In this document: positions 48,736 to 59,666 of the stretch, one piece after another
Numbering within the stretch: the stretch's first letter is position 1
Layout: every line of letters starts with the position of its first letter
Origin: an uncultured Candidatus Saccharibacteria bacterium
Lineage (GTDB): Bacteria > Patescibacteriota > Saccharimonadia > Saccharimonadales > Saccharimonadaceae
NCBI GenBank assembly: GCA_947095985.1
Contig: CAMUPZ010000001.1
Location: forward strand, 1,025-65,024
Direction of reading: 5' to 3'
DNA length: 64,000 nucleotides
Made by a program: the position numbers and the translations under genes
The notes under the pieces: model-generated
Seen by the model: the letters and a program-made list of their open reading frames with translations, nothing else
The model's database searches: none
Told to the model about the DNA's origin: nothing

Positions 48736-49689
48736 CTACTCCTCGTCATATTCATCTTCAATTTCCTGATCCAAAATCTCCTCAATCACATCTTCCAGTG
48801 TAATAATTCCCAGCTCAGTTTCATCGTCCATCACCACAAACAAATGATTGCGAGTTTGGATAAATCGGCTCAGCACCGTGTCCAGCCGCGACCGCGCGTC
48901 AATGTCATGAATCTTGTCACGGTACAATTGGCTAATCGGCAGTGGCAGATCGCGCCCCACCACATCCTTCACATATAAAACGCCGACCAATCTTCCTTCG
49001 GAGCAAACTGGGATTCGCGAATGGCCAGCGTGTTTAATTTGCGCTAGTAGTGTCGCGTCAAGTTCATCATCCAAATCGACAGTGAAAACATCACTCATTG
49101 GTGTAACCAAATCACCAGCCGTCTTTTTACTAAACTGCAACGCTCCCGCCGCGATTCGACTTTCATCATAATCGACTGGGCTATCCGAACGCTCAGCATG
49201 TTCATGAATGATCTGTTCTAGCTCTTGGTGTGAGTACAGCTGTGGCGCTTCCTTACCTACCCAGCGATTGAGTAGCTTGGACATCGGCCGGGCCAATGGC
49301 CAAAATAGCACATAAATCACATCTAGCAGCCAGAAGAAATAACGCGTGATCTGATAGCCGCGCTGCGTAAAAATCGCTTGCGGCAAAATCTCGCCAAACA
49401 TCGTGATGAGTAGTGTGGCGATCAGCCCACCAACCACGCCATTCGTCATATTGCCCAGCAAAATCGACATCGCCGTATTCACGCCGACATTGCCCAGCAA
49501 AATACAGAAAATCAGATAGTAGCCATCTTTGCGGTAGCGATACACCCGTGCAGCGATCACATCGCCGTGTCTGGCTTTGCGCTTCAAGTCGTCTGGTCTC
49601 GCCATCATCAAGCCAATATTCAGGCCTGAAAATATCCCAGATAACGCCAATAATAAAACGGCCATCAACCACAGTAAAATATCAGACAT
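48736..49689 (-). CDS. CNNM/DUF21 + CBS domain protein (CorB-like)
   Basis: FSGLNIG, LLGNV.VN, FGEILPQ, HSRIPV and GIITLEDVIEEIL motifs. Confidence 0.92.
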   Translation of the reverse strand: MSDILLWLMAVLLLALSGIFSGLNIGLMMARPDDLKRKARHGDVIAARVYRYRKDGYYLIFCILLGNVGVNTAMSILLGNMTNGVVGGLIATLLITMFGEILPQAIFTQRGYQITRYFFWLLDVIYVLFWPLARPMSKLLNRWVGKEAPQLYSHQELEQIIHEHAERSDSPVDYDESRIAAGALQFSKKTAGDLVTPMSDVFTVDLDDELDATLLAQIKHAGHSRIPVCSEGRLVGVLYVKDVVGRDLPLPISQLYRDKIHDIDARSRLDTVLSRFIQTRNHLFVVMDDETELGIITLEDVIEEILDQEIEDEYDEE

Positions 49690-49692
49690 AGC

Positions 49693-51447
49693 TTACCAGC
49701 CGCCACCTCCGCCGCCACCTCCGCCACCACCAGCGAAGCCGCCACCAGTCGAACCACCAGAGGTCGATGAATAGTCGCTGGCGCTACTGGCCACGCTTGA
49801 CAGACTGTTCATTCCAGCCGCAAATGCCGCCGCGTTGAACGCGCCCTGACCACTGTACCAATCTGGCTGCTCACCAACTTGCTCATAGTATTTGCCCAAC
49901 TGCTTACTCCACTCTTTTTCCTGCCCGAACAGCACCGCGTATGGCAAAACTCGCTCATACAATTTCACCAATTGCCGCTCATCAGCCGTATCAATCTTCA
50001 CTTTTTCCGCACCCTCAGGACTTTGTAACATCTGTAGGCGCTCAGCTTCAGCCACACCAATATACATTTTCAATCCCGCCAAATACCGCCTGAGTGCTAA
50101 GCCCTCATCAGTCAGTGACCAACCAAATGACAAGGCAAATACTATACCCGCCATTATTAATAATACCGGCGACAGCAATAATGCACCGATAACAAAAAAC
50201 CATAAAGCCCACTTCTGTACAATTCGCTTATTTTCTGGTTTTTGCTCACACAAAGCATACTTACCGCGAGCCAAACTCTTCAAATTGTTATCATCATCAC
50301 CTGTTCGCGCCGCATACGACAAATTATTCTGTAGCTTTTTCAGATTTAGCCGCTGACCTGGTTTTGGCATCGACTCGCCAAACATGTCCCGAATAACTTC
50401 AGACTCTTCCGGCCTCAGCTCTGTCAAGTCTTTGACAATTTCAATTTCATACTGCGCCGACCGTAAAAATGACGCCTTTTTCACTTCGTACAATTTGATA
50501 TAATGCCGCACCGCTAAATCCAGCAACTGAGCAACCTTCGCCGAGCCCTTAACTATAAAGAGATCATACCTTTTCAAAATATATGTTGACATCATCACAC
50601 TCGCCTGTTTTGGCGGCAAATATTCTGGCGGAATTGGCTTGAGTTCGCTATATCTACCAAACAGCCGTCGGTAGCGCCAGATTAGTAACAATATTAAAAT
50701 GGCCGTCAAACTACTCACTACCGCTTGTACCGTTGACCAAATTTTTATAAACTTTTCGATCAACGTCTCCTGATAACCAGCAAACGTACCGCCAGTAAAA
50801 CCAACCGCCATCGTTATGCCCTCCCGACGGTCCAGTCGATTCACATTTGCAACAATTTCACTCTTATCACCACTGATGCTACACCGCTGCCTCGATCCCT
50901 GCTTACCAACATAACAGAAAGCTTCGCCGCGCCGCGCCGCCTGAAGTGACTCGTCAAGCTTCACTGAAACTCGTACATTCTCCATGGGCACCCGCCACTC
51001 ATTGCCGATGACGTCCCAGTAGAACTCATCACGCCCCGTATTGTCATAGTGCTTAGTTACATCACGCTGAGTAAACTTGATGACGTAGGTTTTCTCACCC
51101 TGAACGTAAACATCTTTCTTGCCAATCCTTAGCTCATCGCCATTCCAGTTATACTCCAGTGTTTTCCCCTGCTCATCAGTCACCGATTGCAATGAAAAAC
51201 TCGTCGGATGACTATCATACTTCTTCACAAATATTGGTGCAATACCACGGTTTTGATTCGGCGGAAAATTAGCAGTAATTCGCCACGTTGCCGCCAACGT
51301 TGAACGATTCTCGCCGTCGCGGCCCAATGAATACTCTGCATCAAATTTAGTGACGGTAAAATTGTCCGTCTGCGCCGCAAACGCCGCTTGGCCAGATCCA
51401 ACCAACAGAGATCCAGCGATTAGTATCCCCAATATAAATCGCTTCAT
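49693..51447 (-). CDS. DUF2207 membrane protein
   Basis: Signal peptide, EFYWDVIG, LLDLAVR, LPYAVLFG, Gly-rich tail ending in W. Confidence 0.9.
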   Translation of the reverse strand: MKRFILGILIAGSLLVGSGQAAFAAQTDNFTVTKFDAEYSLGRDGENRSTLAATWRITANFPPNQNRGIAPIFVKKYDSHPTSFSLQSVTDEQGKTLEYNWNGDELRIGKKDVYVQGEKTYVIKFTQRDVTKHYDNTGRDEFYWDVIGNEWRVPMENVRVSVKLDESLQAARRGEAFCYVGKQGSRQRCSISGDKSEIVANVNRLDRREGITMAVGFTGGTFAGYQETLIEKFIKIWSTVQAVVSSLTAILILLLIWRYRRLFGRYSELKPIPPEYLPPKQASVMMSTYILKRYDLFIVKGSAKVAQLLDLAVRHYIKLYEVKKASFLRSAQYEIEIVKDLTELRPEESEVIRDMFGESMPKPGQRLNLKKLQNNLSYAARTGDDDNNLKSLARGKYALCEQKPENKRIVQKWALWFFVIGALLLSPVLLIMAGIVFALSFGWSLTDEGLALRRYLAGLKMYIGVAEAERLQMLQSPEGAEKVKIDTADERQLVKLYERVLPYAVLFGQEKEWSKQLGKYYEQVGEQPDWYSGQGAFNAAAFAAGMNSLSSVASSASDYSSTSGGSTGGGFAGGGGGGGGGGGW

Positions 51448-51475
51448 ACTCTAATTATAACAAACTAAAATCACG

Positions 51476-52984
51476 CTACAATTGCAACTTCACCTGCGGG
51501 TAGATCGCCCGCGTTGTCTCATCAATCTCATAACGCAGTTGTGGAAATGGTACGCCCTCGCGGGCAGTTACGCCTTCAAAAATCCAAAATACCCGCTCAG
51601 AATAGCCCCAGCCGCAAGCTGGCGGCATACCGTACTCCAACATTTCCACAAAGTCAATATCCAACATCATCGCCTCATCATCGCCAGCATCGCGCATCTG
51701 TTGCTGCTCAATAAAGCGGTTCAGCTGGTCAATCGGGTCGTTCAGCTCGGAAAAACCATTCCCCAGCTCTGACCCGGCAATAATCGGCTGGAAACGCTCC
51801 ACCGTCTGCGGATTCTCGGGGTTAGTCTTAGACAGCGGACTGATAAACTTCGGCGTATTCACCAACCACACCGGCCCCGCCACATCTTTGCGAATATTCT
51901 TCCATAGCTTATCAATACCGCGTGGAATGGAATCGGTCTTCTCCACTTCCAAGCCATGTTCTTTCAGCTTGGCAGCTACCTCTTCAATCGTTGTATTATA
52001 CACATCAATTCCATAGTGCTTGCGAATAACTTCAGCATAATCCCAAACTTCCCACTCGCCGCTCATATCCACCGTGAACCGGCCCAGCTGAAACTGCAAC
52101 GTACCAAACGTTTCCTGCAGAACATATTTGTACATGTCCTCCATGAAACGCATGCCAGCTCGCCAATCCCAGTACGCGGCGTACCATTCCATGGCGATAT
52201 GCTCTGGCAAATGCTCATCGGAATAATTCTCATTGCGAAAACGCGGCCCGAGATCATACACCTTCTCAAACCCAGCGCCAACCAATCGCTTCAGCGGCAG
52301 CTCGTGAGAAATGCGTAGGTAAAACTGCTGATTATCCAGCGCGTCCATATGCGTCACAAATGGGTTAGCATCAGCACCACCGGTGGTATGCTCCAATACC
52401 GGCACATTCACCTCAGTAAAGCCGTGGCTATTCAGATAATCGCGCGTCGCCTGCCAAAACTTACTGCGGCGAACAAACCGTTCGCGTACCTCTGGATTGA
52501 CATTCATATCGACATAGCGGCGGCGAAAACGCTCTTCTTTATTCTCGAGCTTTTCGGGCATCGGCCTAAGCGACTTAGTTAGCAACCGTAGCTCATGCAC
52601 GCCAACCGACCTTTCGCCAGTCTGCGTCGTCATCATCACCCCGCGCGCCTCGGCAAAGTCGCCCGTATCCAAAAGCTTCAGCTGTTTCATACCCAACACG
52701 CCGCGGCTAGCATCCAGCTCCGCCACATCATCTCGCTGCAAATATAGCTGTACTTCACCAGACTGGTCGCGCAGTTTGATGAACGCCAGCTTACCAAAAC
52801 TGCGGATTGAAGTAATGCGACCTGCAACCACCACTTCCCGGCCCGCCAATTCATCATACCGTGCCAAAACCTGGCCGCAACCATGCGTCCGCTCCGACTT
52901 TGCTGGATATGGATCAACGCCCAATTGGCGTAATGTCTCTAATTTTCGTAATCGTTCGTTTCGATAATCTTGCAGTGTGGCCAT
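51476..52984 (-). CDS. lysS: Lysine--tRNA ligase (class II)
   Basis: GKLAF, GGADANPF, LRISHEL.LKRL, FRNE and EYGMPP motifs. Confidence 0.97.
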   Translation of the reverse strand: MATLQDYRNERLRKLETLRQLGVDPYPAKSERTHGCGQVLARYDELAGREVVVAGRITSIRSFGKLAFIKLRDQSGEVQLYLQRDDVAELDASRGVLGMKQLKLLDTGDFAEARGVMMTTQTGERSVGVHELRLLTKSLRPMPEKLENKEERFRRRYVDMNVNPEVRERFVRRSKFWQATRDYLNSHGFTEVNVPVLEHTTGGADANPFVTHMDALDNQQFYLRISHELPLKRLVGAGFEKVYDLGPRFRNENYSDEHLPEHIAMEWYAAYWDWRAGMRFMEDMYKYVLQETFGTLQFQLGRFTVDMSGEWEVWDYAEVIRKHYGIDVYNTTIEEVAAKLKEHGLEVEKTDSIPRGIDKLWKNIRKDVAGPVWLVNTPKFISPLSKTNPENPQTVERFQPIIAGSELGNGFSELNDPIDQLNRFIEQQQMRDAGDDEAMMLDIDFVEMLEYGMPPACGWGYSERVFWIFEGVTAREGVPFPQLRYEIDETTRAIYPQVKLQL

Positions 52985-53030
52985 AACAGAGATAATTATA
53001 GCACATTATCTGTAAATTATTTTAGAGGAC

Positions 53031-53486
53031 TTAAGAGATGGACTTAACAACGTAAGTGATTTCCGCTTTCGGCGTTTTAATCGTCACTTCATCACCAATT
53101 TTCTTACCAATTAGCTCTTTACCAATTGGTGATTGATCAGAAATTCTTCCTGCCAACGGATCAGCCTCAACCGGCCCAACCACCGTATAAGACACAGTTC
53201 TTTCCGGACACTGCAATTCAACCGTACTGCCCAGACCAACACTTGAACTGCCACTTGATTTAATGATTTCAGCATTCTGCAAAATATCCTCAATCTCTAA
53301 AATCCGTGTCTCCACCAAGCCCTGCTCTTCGCGTGCAGCGTCATATTCTGCGTTCTCGCTTAAATCGCCAAAATCTCGCGCTACCGCAATTTTTTCAGCA
53401 ATTTCACCACGCCTGCCTTTTAACTCCGCCAACTCGACTTCCAAGTCAGCTTTTCCAGCTTCGGTAATCTGGTAAGTTTTTTTCAT
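53031..53486 (-). CDS. greA: Transcription elongation factor GreA
   Basis: GDLSENAEY and ISDQSPIG motifs. Confidence 0.97.
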   Translation of the reverse strand: MKKTYQITEAGKADLEVELAELKGRRGEIAEKIAVARDFGDLSENAEYDAAREEQGLVETRILEIEDILQNAEIIKSSGSSSVGLGSTVELQCPERTVSYTVVGPVEADPLAGRISDQSPIGKELIGKKIGDEVTIKTPKAEITYVVKSIS

Positions 53487-53616
53487 AAAAATCTCCTCCT
53501 CTATTACATATAGCGGTATTAGTCTTATAAACTACACTAAATATAGTGTTCTATCTAGTCTTATGAAGTCTATCTGAGTATAACAACCGCCATTTATTAT
53601 GTCAATATAGCCGAGC

Positions 53617-54864
53617 TTAACGACTTAGACAAAATTCAAGTAGCTGCTGATAGTTCATCTTTTTCGTCTCGCCAGTTGCTCGCTCAGTTAGTTCAAATAA
53701 TCCATCACTGTCAATCGCCCGATCACCAATCGTAATCCGCCATGGCAGACCCATCAATTCCGCATCAGCGAATTTCACGCCCGGCCGCTCATCACGATCA
53801 TCAAGTAGCACATCCACGTCGCTATCCGCTAGTTCACTATAAAGCTTACCCGCCAATTCCTTACCCTTTTCACCGATTGCGACAATATGAACCTTAAACG
53901 GTGCAATATTTTCCGGCCATACCAGTCCTTTGTCATCGGCAAATTTCTCAACAATCACCCCCATCACTCGCGTAATGCCAATTCCATAGCTACCCATATA
54001 TGCATATTGCTCTTTGCCGTCGGCATCGGTGAACACCAGCTTCATCTCCTCTGATTTCTGTGTACCAAAATTAAAGATATTGCCAACCTCAGCCGTCTTC
54101 ACTTTTTCCAACTCACTACGGTCAACGCCAAGCTCCGCAACTGCCTCATCCAAGACTTCTTCATTCACCGCAATATTTTTAGCACGATGTAAATAAATAT
54201 AGTCCTCGCCAGCATCGCAAATTGTCTGGAATTCGTGACTAAATTTAGTAAACGCACCGCCCGAAGCAAACGTTACATAAGTTTCATCACCGATACCAAA
54301 ACGATCGTAACAGCGCTTATACGCCTCAATAACGGTATTATAGTAATTATCTAGGTCCTCTTTACTAGCATGCACCGAATACATATCTTTCATGACAAAT
54401 TCACGACCACGCATAATTCCGCTCTTGGCGCGCAGCTCGTTACGCAGCTTGTTTTGGAACTGGTAAACGCTAATTGGCAAATCTTTGTAACTCTTTAGAT
54501 AATTACGCAATAAATCAACAATCGGCTCTTCGTGCGTCCAGCCAAAACCTACATCAGTGCCGTCTTGCAATTTAGACTTGAACCAGACGTCAACAACTTC
54601 ATCGCTCCAACGACCGGTTTCCTGCCATAATTCTTTACGCTGCAAAGTGCTCATTGTTAGCTCTTGGCTATCAACCTTATCCATTTCCTCACGAACAATC
54701 TGCTTAATATTCTCAAGCACCCGCAGACCAAGCGGTAAGAAAGAATAGACACCTGCCATCGTCTTATGCACATAACCAGCACGAATTAATAGCTGAGCGT
54801 TACGAGCCACCTCACCTGCTGGCGCCTGCTTCAAAGTTCTGGTAAAAAGTTGTGTCATTCGCAT
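53617..54864 (-). CDS. proS: Proline--tRNA ligase (short form, no editing insertion)
   Basis: LLIRAG, THEE, RNELR, REFVMKDMYS, EVGNIF and GSYGIG motifs. Confidence 0.96.
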   Translation of the reverse strand: MRMTQLFTRTLKQAPAGEVARNAQLLIRAGYVHKTMAGVYSFLPLGLRVLENIKQIVREEMDKVDSQELTMSTLQRKELWQETGRWSDEVVDVWFKSKLQDGTDVGFGWTHEEPIVDLLRNYLKSYKDLPISVYQFQNKLRNELRAKSGIMRGREFVMKDMYSVHASKEDLDNYYNTVIEAYKRCYDRFGIGDETYVTFASGGAFTKFSHEFQTICDAGEDYIYLHRAKNIAVNEEVLDEAVAELGVDRSELEKVKTAEVGNIFNFGTQKSEEMKLVFTDADGKEQYAYMGSYGIGITRVMGVIVEKFADDKGLVWPENIAPFKVHIVAIGEKGKELAGKLYSELADSDVDVLLDDRDERPGVKFADAELMGLPWRITIGDRAIDSDGLFELTERATGETKKMNYQQLLEFCLSR

Positions 54865-54876
54865 ATTTTTCCTCCT

Positions 54877-55677
54877 TTATATAAATGGCAATAAAGCACC
54901 TATTTGGTCGACGGCGTTTGTATTGATAAACAGAAAATAAAAAGCTATACCGTTTTTCATCATATGCATCATCATCGGCACCCAAATTGCCCCAGTATAC
55001 TCCCTAGCGGCACACATGACCAAACTTAAAGTAAATGTATCAACTGCCACTGCCCACTGCAAAGGCGTGCCCGGACCGACCCAAAGATGCGCCAAGCCAA
55101 ATGTTATGCTCGTCATAAGAACCGACAGCCAAATTGAAAATGAATTGCGTAGTTTGCCGTAAAGATATCCACGATACAACAACTCCTCGACAATCGGACC
55201 CAATACTACCATTACCGTAAATGCCATTAAGAGCTGCCAGTGTGACGCAAGCATACTCTGACTAAAGGGTATCTCCTGCCGCTGCTGTACATCAACCGAG
55301 AAGACACCACTAGCGATACTCATCGTGACTATCGTCAAGAGAAAATAAGCCACAAAAGCCAAGGGCGAAATAAATATCTCCAGAAACGTTGGCCAGTCAT
55401 TTACCCCTAAATCCTGAAGAGACGTTCGCCGTTTTTTAATGTATATTGGTACACCAACAACTACAGCCAAGGATATACCATAAACAAAAACTGAAATCGC
55501 GGTATTAAAAATAACTGGGTTTATCGATTTTAGAGGCACACCAAGCCCGACTAGCTGATTAATCAGAAGTGAAATAATGAGCTCCACTATTAAGAACGCA
55601 CCGTAAACCCAAATTGGCAGTGCCACCAATAGCCACCACTTTCGGCCTTTTAATTTCTTATAGAAGCTTCCCCACAT
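54877..55677 (-). CDS. CPBP-family (CAAX) intramembrane metalloprotease
   Basis: EELLYRG, FGLAH and HMMKN motifs. Confidence 0.9.
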   Translation of the reverse strand: MWGSFYKKLKGRKWWLLVALPIWVYGAFLIVELIISLLINQLVGLGVPLKSINPVIFNTAISVFVYGISLAVVVGVPIYIKKRRTSLQDLGVNDWPTFLEIFISPLAFVAYFLLTIVTMSIASGVFSVDVQQRQEIPFSQSMLASHWQLLMAFTVMVVLGPIVEELLYRGYLYGKLRNSFSIWLSVLMTSITFGLAHLWVGPGTPLQWAVAVDTFTLSLVMCAAREYTGAIWVPMMMHMMKNGIAFYFLFINTNAVDQIGALLPFI

Positions 55678-56818
55678 CGCTCACAGTCACCAAAATTGTT
55701 AATATTAATAAAATCAACATGCCGGTAGCTTGAATATTTTCTTCACGCTCTTTCGTCAGCTCTTTCTTAAAAATACGGAATATCGCCATCGTAAACCAGC
55801 GCCCACCATCAAGTGCTGGTATTGGCAATATGTTCATTACCGCCAGCGTCAGTGAAATCAACGCCGCCACAAAAATGACTTGGGCTATTCCAGAATTAAC
55901 CACCGACGGAAATAGCACGCCCAATATACCAATCGGCCCGGCGACGTTTTCGCCAACAGAAGACAAATCAGCACGGGCTGACTGCTTTGACTGTTCGGAG
56001 CCAAAAATCTGCCCGAATAAACCATGTGCGGTTTTCGCCAGCAGTACGCCAACACCTTTTATAGTCTCATAAGACAGCTGTCCGGTCGTCGCTATCCCCA
56101 TAATAGGCGCTGACCAAGTGCTGTATATTTTTTCTGACTGACTAGGAACAACCCCCAAATATCCACCAGCTTTGGCAGTCTGTTCAGAATTTAACTGCAC
56201 ATCAATCAACGACTCTTTGCCATCACGACTATACTTAATTGGCACTTTTTTGCCAGCGTTCTGCTTAGTTATAATTGGCAATTTTTCCGCCTCATTCAGT
56301 GGTTGATTATTTATGTCAATCAATTGATCGCCCACTTTAATCCCTGCTCTATCAGCCGGCGAGTCGGGAGTAATTTTTACCACCGATACCGGCGAACGAC
56401 GTACTTCAGTGTCAAATGGCAACTGGACCTGATTCGACAACACCTTTGGTAGCCCAATTACCGCCAGAACCGTAAACAAAATAATTGCCGTCAGCCAGTT
56501 CATCATAACGCCGGCTAGCAAAATCTTGGTTTTTACCCAAAATGTCGAACCACCATACGTACCTTTGCCCTTCGCTGAATCATACTCGCCTTTTAGACGA
56601 ACAAATCCACCAAGTGGCAACCAGTTTAGGCTGAAAATCACGTTTTCACCTAAAAAGCTCCGCTTAACTTTCCACTTTTTTGCAGCTGGCGGAAATCCAA
56701 TCCCGAACTCCTCAACCTTAACGCCGTTTCGCTTAGCCGCCAGTGCGTGACCCAACTCGTGCAAGACCACCAGCGACATAAGCAAAAATAGACCTAAAAG
56801 AATCCCCCAAACAATCAT
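55658..56818 (-). CDS. rseP: M50 site-2 protease RseP with PDZ domain
   Basis: HELGH, FGIGF, LPLGGFV and NILPIPALDGG motifs. Confidence 0.94.
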   Translation of the reverse strand: MIVWGILLGLFLLMSLVVLHELGHALAAKRNGVKVEEFGIGFPPAAKKWKVKRSFLGENVIFSLNWLPLGGFVRLKGEYDSAKGKGTYGGSTFWVKTKILLAGVMMNWLTAIILFTVLAVIGLPKVLSNQVQLPFDTEVRRSPVSVVKITPDSPADRAGIKVGDQLIDINNQPLNEAEKLPIITKQNAGKKVPIKYSRDGKESLIDVQLNSEQTAKAGGYLGVVPSQSEKIYSTWSAPIMGIATTGQLSYETIKGVGVLLAKTAHGLFGQIFGSEQSKQSARADLSSVGENVAGPIGILGVLFPSVVNSGIAQVIFVAALISLTLAVMNILPIPALDGGRWFTMAIFRIFKKELTKEREENIQATGMLILLILTILVTVSDVGKLL

Positions 56819-57510
56819 TTACCAAACCGCCTATTCCGATTAGCATACTCCTCTAAAATCACCGCCACATCGTCAGTAGTCATGTCTGGCCAATTTTTCT
56901 CCACAAACATCAGCTCGCTATAGGCCGAACGCCACAACATAAAATTACTGAGACGCTGCTCGCTAGAAGTCCTAACAATCAAATCACAGGGCGGCACATC
57001 TGGCGCATATATATTTTGCGCTACTAACTCCGGTGTAACATCCTCGGCAGGAACCCCAGATTGAACAATTTTTTTAACCGCATCAGCAATCTCCAAATGT
57101 CCACCATAATTTAGACATAAGACCAATTCGCCACTATCTAAATTAGCTGTCTTTGCTTCAGCATCGTCAATTGCCTCAACTAGCGCGTCCGACAACTCAT
57201 CCCTAGATCCAATCACCCTCAGGCGTATATTGTTCTCAATAAATGCCGGCAAGTCAGCCTTCAGCATCTTTAACAGTAATTTCATCAAGTGGCCAACCTC
57301 TTCCTCTGATCGTTTCCAGTTTTCCGTACTAAAAACATAAGCACTGACATATTTTACGCCACTCTGAAGCGTTTCTAAAGCCACATCTTTCAGTGCATTA
57401 TAGCCCGCCAAGTGACCTTCGTACGCCGGCAAACCATGCTGCTTGGCCCATCGTCGATTTCCATCCACGATAAAACCAATATGTTGCGGCAACTCTGATT
57501 TTCTATTCAT
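56815..57510 (-). CDS. uppS: Undecaprenyl diphosphate synthase
   Basis: DGNRRWA, FSTENWKR, NYGG and RTSSEQRLSNF motifs. Confidence 0.96.
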   Translation of the reverse strand: MNRKSELPQHIGFIVDGNRRWAKQHGLPAYEGHLAGYNALKDVALETLQSGVKYVSAYVFSTENWKRSEEEVGHLMKLLLKMLKADLPAFIENNIRLRVIGSRDELSDALVEAIDDAEAKTANLDSGELVLCLNYGGHLEIADAVKKIVQSGVPAEDVTPELVAQNIYAPDVPPCDLIVRTSSEQRLSNFMLWRSAYSELMFVEKNWPDMTTDDVAVILEEYANRNRRFGK

Positions 57511-57922
57511 TTTTTGCCCTCCACTCATCAATTAATTCAACATCTCGAATATCTTTTTCTCGCCCGCGCCAATTTTTCCATCGTCGTAAAAATTCCAAAT
57601 TAACAAACCTAACGTCATCACACACCACTGAATAGCTCAATAAATCGTCATAGCCAACAACCTGACCGTCAAACTCCCAACCGTCCCACAACTCAGCCGA
57701 GCCATCAATCTTTACAAAATACGGACGCTGATTACCATCAAGCTTTTTAGTCCAATCGCCATAATCTTTAGAAAGTTTTTTTATCAACTCAGGGCTCGCT
57801 ACAATATCAACATCTTCAGCCCGACGAATTCCTAATTGGTCTAAAATACCACTGCCAATAACAATAATCTGCTCAAGAGGCAGCCCCAACTCTTTTACTC
57901 TATCAGCAAAAGTTTCGCTCAT
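57503..57922 (-). CDS. Small nucleotidyltransferase-fold hypothetical protein
   Basis: VIGSGIL...GIR...DVD and C-terminal GREKD..DV.LI. Confidence 0.55.
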   Translation of the reverse strand: MSETFADRVKELGLPLEQIIVIGSGILDQLGIRRAEDVDIVASPELIKKLSKDYGDWTKKLDGNQRPYFVKIDGSAELWDGWEFDGQVVGYDDLLSYSVVCDDVRFVNLEFLRRWKNWRGREKDIRDVELIDEWRAKNE

Positions 57923-58476
57923 TAAACAGTCAAGACGTCCTTTTCCTTCGCCTTAAACGCCTCATCGATTTGCGCCTGCATTTTACTCATTAAGCTATCA
58001 ACTTCCTTCTCGACCAACTTCAAGTCATCTTCGCTTAGCTCTTTTGTATCCTTCATCCGCTTTGCTTCTTTTAGGGCGTCCTGACGGATATTTCGCATCG
58101 CAATTCGAGCCTCCTCAACCTTCTCGCTCACCTGCTTTACTAACTGACGACGGCGCTCTTCAGTTAAAGCTGGGACTGGCACGCGCACCACTCGTCCATC
58201 GTCAGACGGATTAAATCCTAAGCTCTGGTTGTCGCGAATTGCAGAAGTAATTGCAGTAATATTACCTGGATCAAATGGCGTCACCAGCAGCGTCTGAGCT
58301 TCTGGTGCAGTAATATTAGCCACTTGATTAAGCGGCATTTTTGTACCATAAGCCTCAACCATAACACCATCCAGCATTCCAGCATGCGCTCGGCCCGTTC
58401 GAACTTTCTTCAATTCATCTTGGAAAAAGCCAAATGCGGCATTCATTTTCTCTTCATAAGGGTTTGTGTCAAACAT
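57922..58476 (-). CDS. frr: Ribosome recycling factor
   Basis: RTGRA, PSDDG, LTEERR and RNIR motifs; GGAGG SD. Confidence 0.97.
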   Translation of the reverse strand: MFDTNPYEEKMNAAFGFFQDELKKVRTGRAHAGMLDGVMVEAYGTKMPLNQVANITAPEAQTLLVTPFDPGNITAITSAIRDNQSLGFNPSDDGRVVRVPVPALTEERRRQLVKQVSEKVEEARIAMRNIRQDALKEAKRMKDTKELSEDDLKLVEKEVDSLMSKMQAQIDEAFKAKEKDVLTV

Positions 58477-58566
58477 ATATTCCTCCAATTTATCTACCGC
58501 TATTATACCAAACTTCAGGCGCCTTGTCTGCTAATTTCACCTATTGACCCGTGATATAATAACAGA

Positions 58567-59619
58567 GTGATTTCTAAGATTAAGCTATATAATTTCCGAT
58601 CTTACAGCCTACATGAAGCAACGTTTAGTGATTCTGGTACAGTTATCGTTGGGCCAAACGGCACCGGCAAAACAAATCTACTTGAAGCGGTTTACGTAGC
58701 CTTACGCGGTAGTAGTTTTCGTGGCAGTCTTAGTGATTGCATGACATTTAACGCCCCTCAAACAGTTATTCACCTAGAGGGGGACTTTGGCACAAGGCGA
58801 ATTAAATTAAACACAGCATCAGGAAAAATTAGCAAAGAATTCATCATTAACGATAATAAATCAAAGGCCTTGACCAGGAAAAGCCGTTTGCCTGTAGTCC
58901 TGTTTGAGCCAAGTGAGCTACGTTTAATCTCCTCCTCTCCTTCCCGCAGGCGCGATTTTCTAGATGGGCTAATTGCTCGACTTGACTCCAAATACGACAC
59001 TGACCTGCGAGCCTTCAATCGCACACTATTACAGCGCAACGAGCTCCTAAAATCCCATCAAGAAGATTCACAAATCTGGCGCGATAACCTGTTTGCATGG
59101 GATATAAAATTTGTTCAATACGCAACCAACGTAACCCAAAAAAGAGCTAAATTTCTCCAAGCTAACGAGCCTCGTATAAAAAATTTATACGAATCACTAG
59201 CGGGGAAAAATACACAATTATCAATAGAGTATAGCGCCACTGCACCCCTAGAAAACTACGACCAATCTTTACTTGACCGCCTAGAGAAAGCTCGCGAATA
59301 TGAAATTGCCACAGGCTTCACTTCTGTCGGCCCACACCGTGAAGATTTCACAATTTTTCTCCATGACCAGCCCGCCGTTAAGGTTGCCTCACGTGGCGAA
59401 ATGCGCACTATTATGCTAGCCTTTAAGCTACTAGAATTGGAGCTCCAAACAGAAATCAGCCAATCGCGACCATTAATTCTACTAGACGACGTTTTCTCGG
59501 AGCTAGACGCCACACGCGAAAAACTCCTCCAGGAAACCATTCAGCATCATCAATTCATCGTCACCACAACAGACGCACGACACCAAAAAGACGGCTGCTT
59601 AATTATTTCCACGCAATAA
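58567..59619 (+). CDS. recF: DNA replication/repair protein RecF
   Basis: NFRSY, GPNGTGKTNLLEA, RRDFLD, GPHRED, SRGE and LLDDVFSELD motifs. Confidence 0.95.
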   Translation: MISKIKLYNFRSYSLHEATFSDSGTVIVGPNGTGKTNLLEAVYVALRGSSFRGSLSDCMTFNAPQTVIHLEGDFGTRRIKLNTASGKISKEFIINDNKSKALTRKSRLPVVLFEPSELRLISSSPSRRRDFLDGLIARLDSKYDTDLRAFNRTLLQRNELLKSHQEDSQIWRDNLFAWDIKFVQYATNVTQKRAKFLQANEPRIKNLYESLAGKNTQLSIEYSATAPLENYDQSLLDRLEKAREYEIATGFTSVGPHREDFTIFLHDQPAVKVASRGEMRTIMLAFKLLELELQTEISQSRPLILLDDVFSELDATREKLLQETIQHHQFIVTTTDARHQKDGCLIISTQ

Positions 59620-59649
59620 AAATCCGCCCTCTCGCGTGAAGGCGGATTT
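59619..59649. terminator. Bidirectional intrinsic terminator
   Basis: AAATCCGCC...GGCGGATTT between convergent genes. Confidence 0.8.
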
Positions 59650-59666
59650 ATTTTTCCTAGGCTTAT

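Noticed and set aside
49700..49760. GGC/GGA/GGT-rich low-complexity run
   Set aside because: Normal Gly-rich tail of DUF2207 proteins
56962..56964. Possible AGY-to-Gly recoding (uppS RTSSE for RTSGE, ftsI KTS for KTG)
   Set aside because: Only two cases, and AGY encodes conserved Ser elsewhere; point mutation or consensus error is more likely
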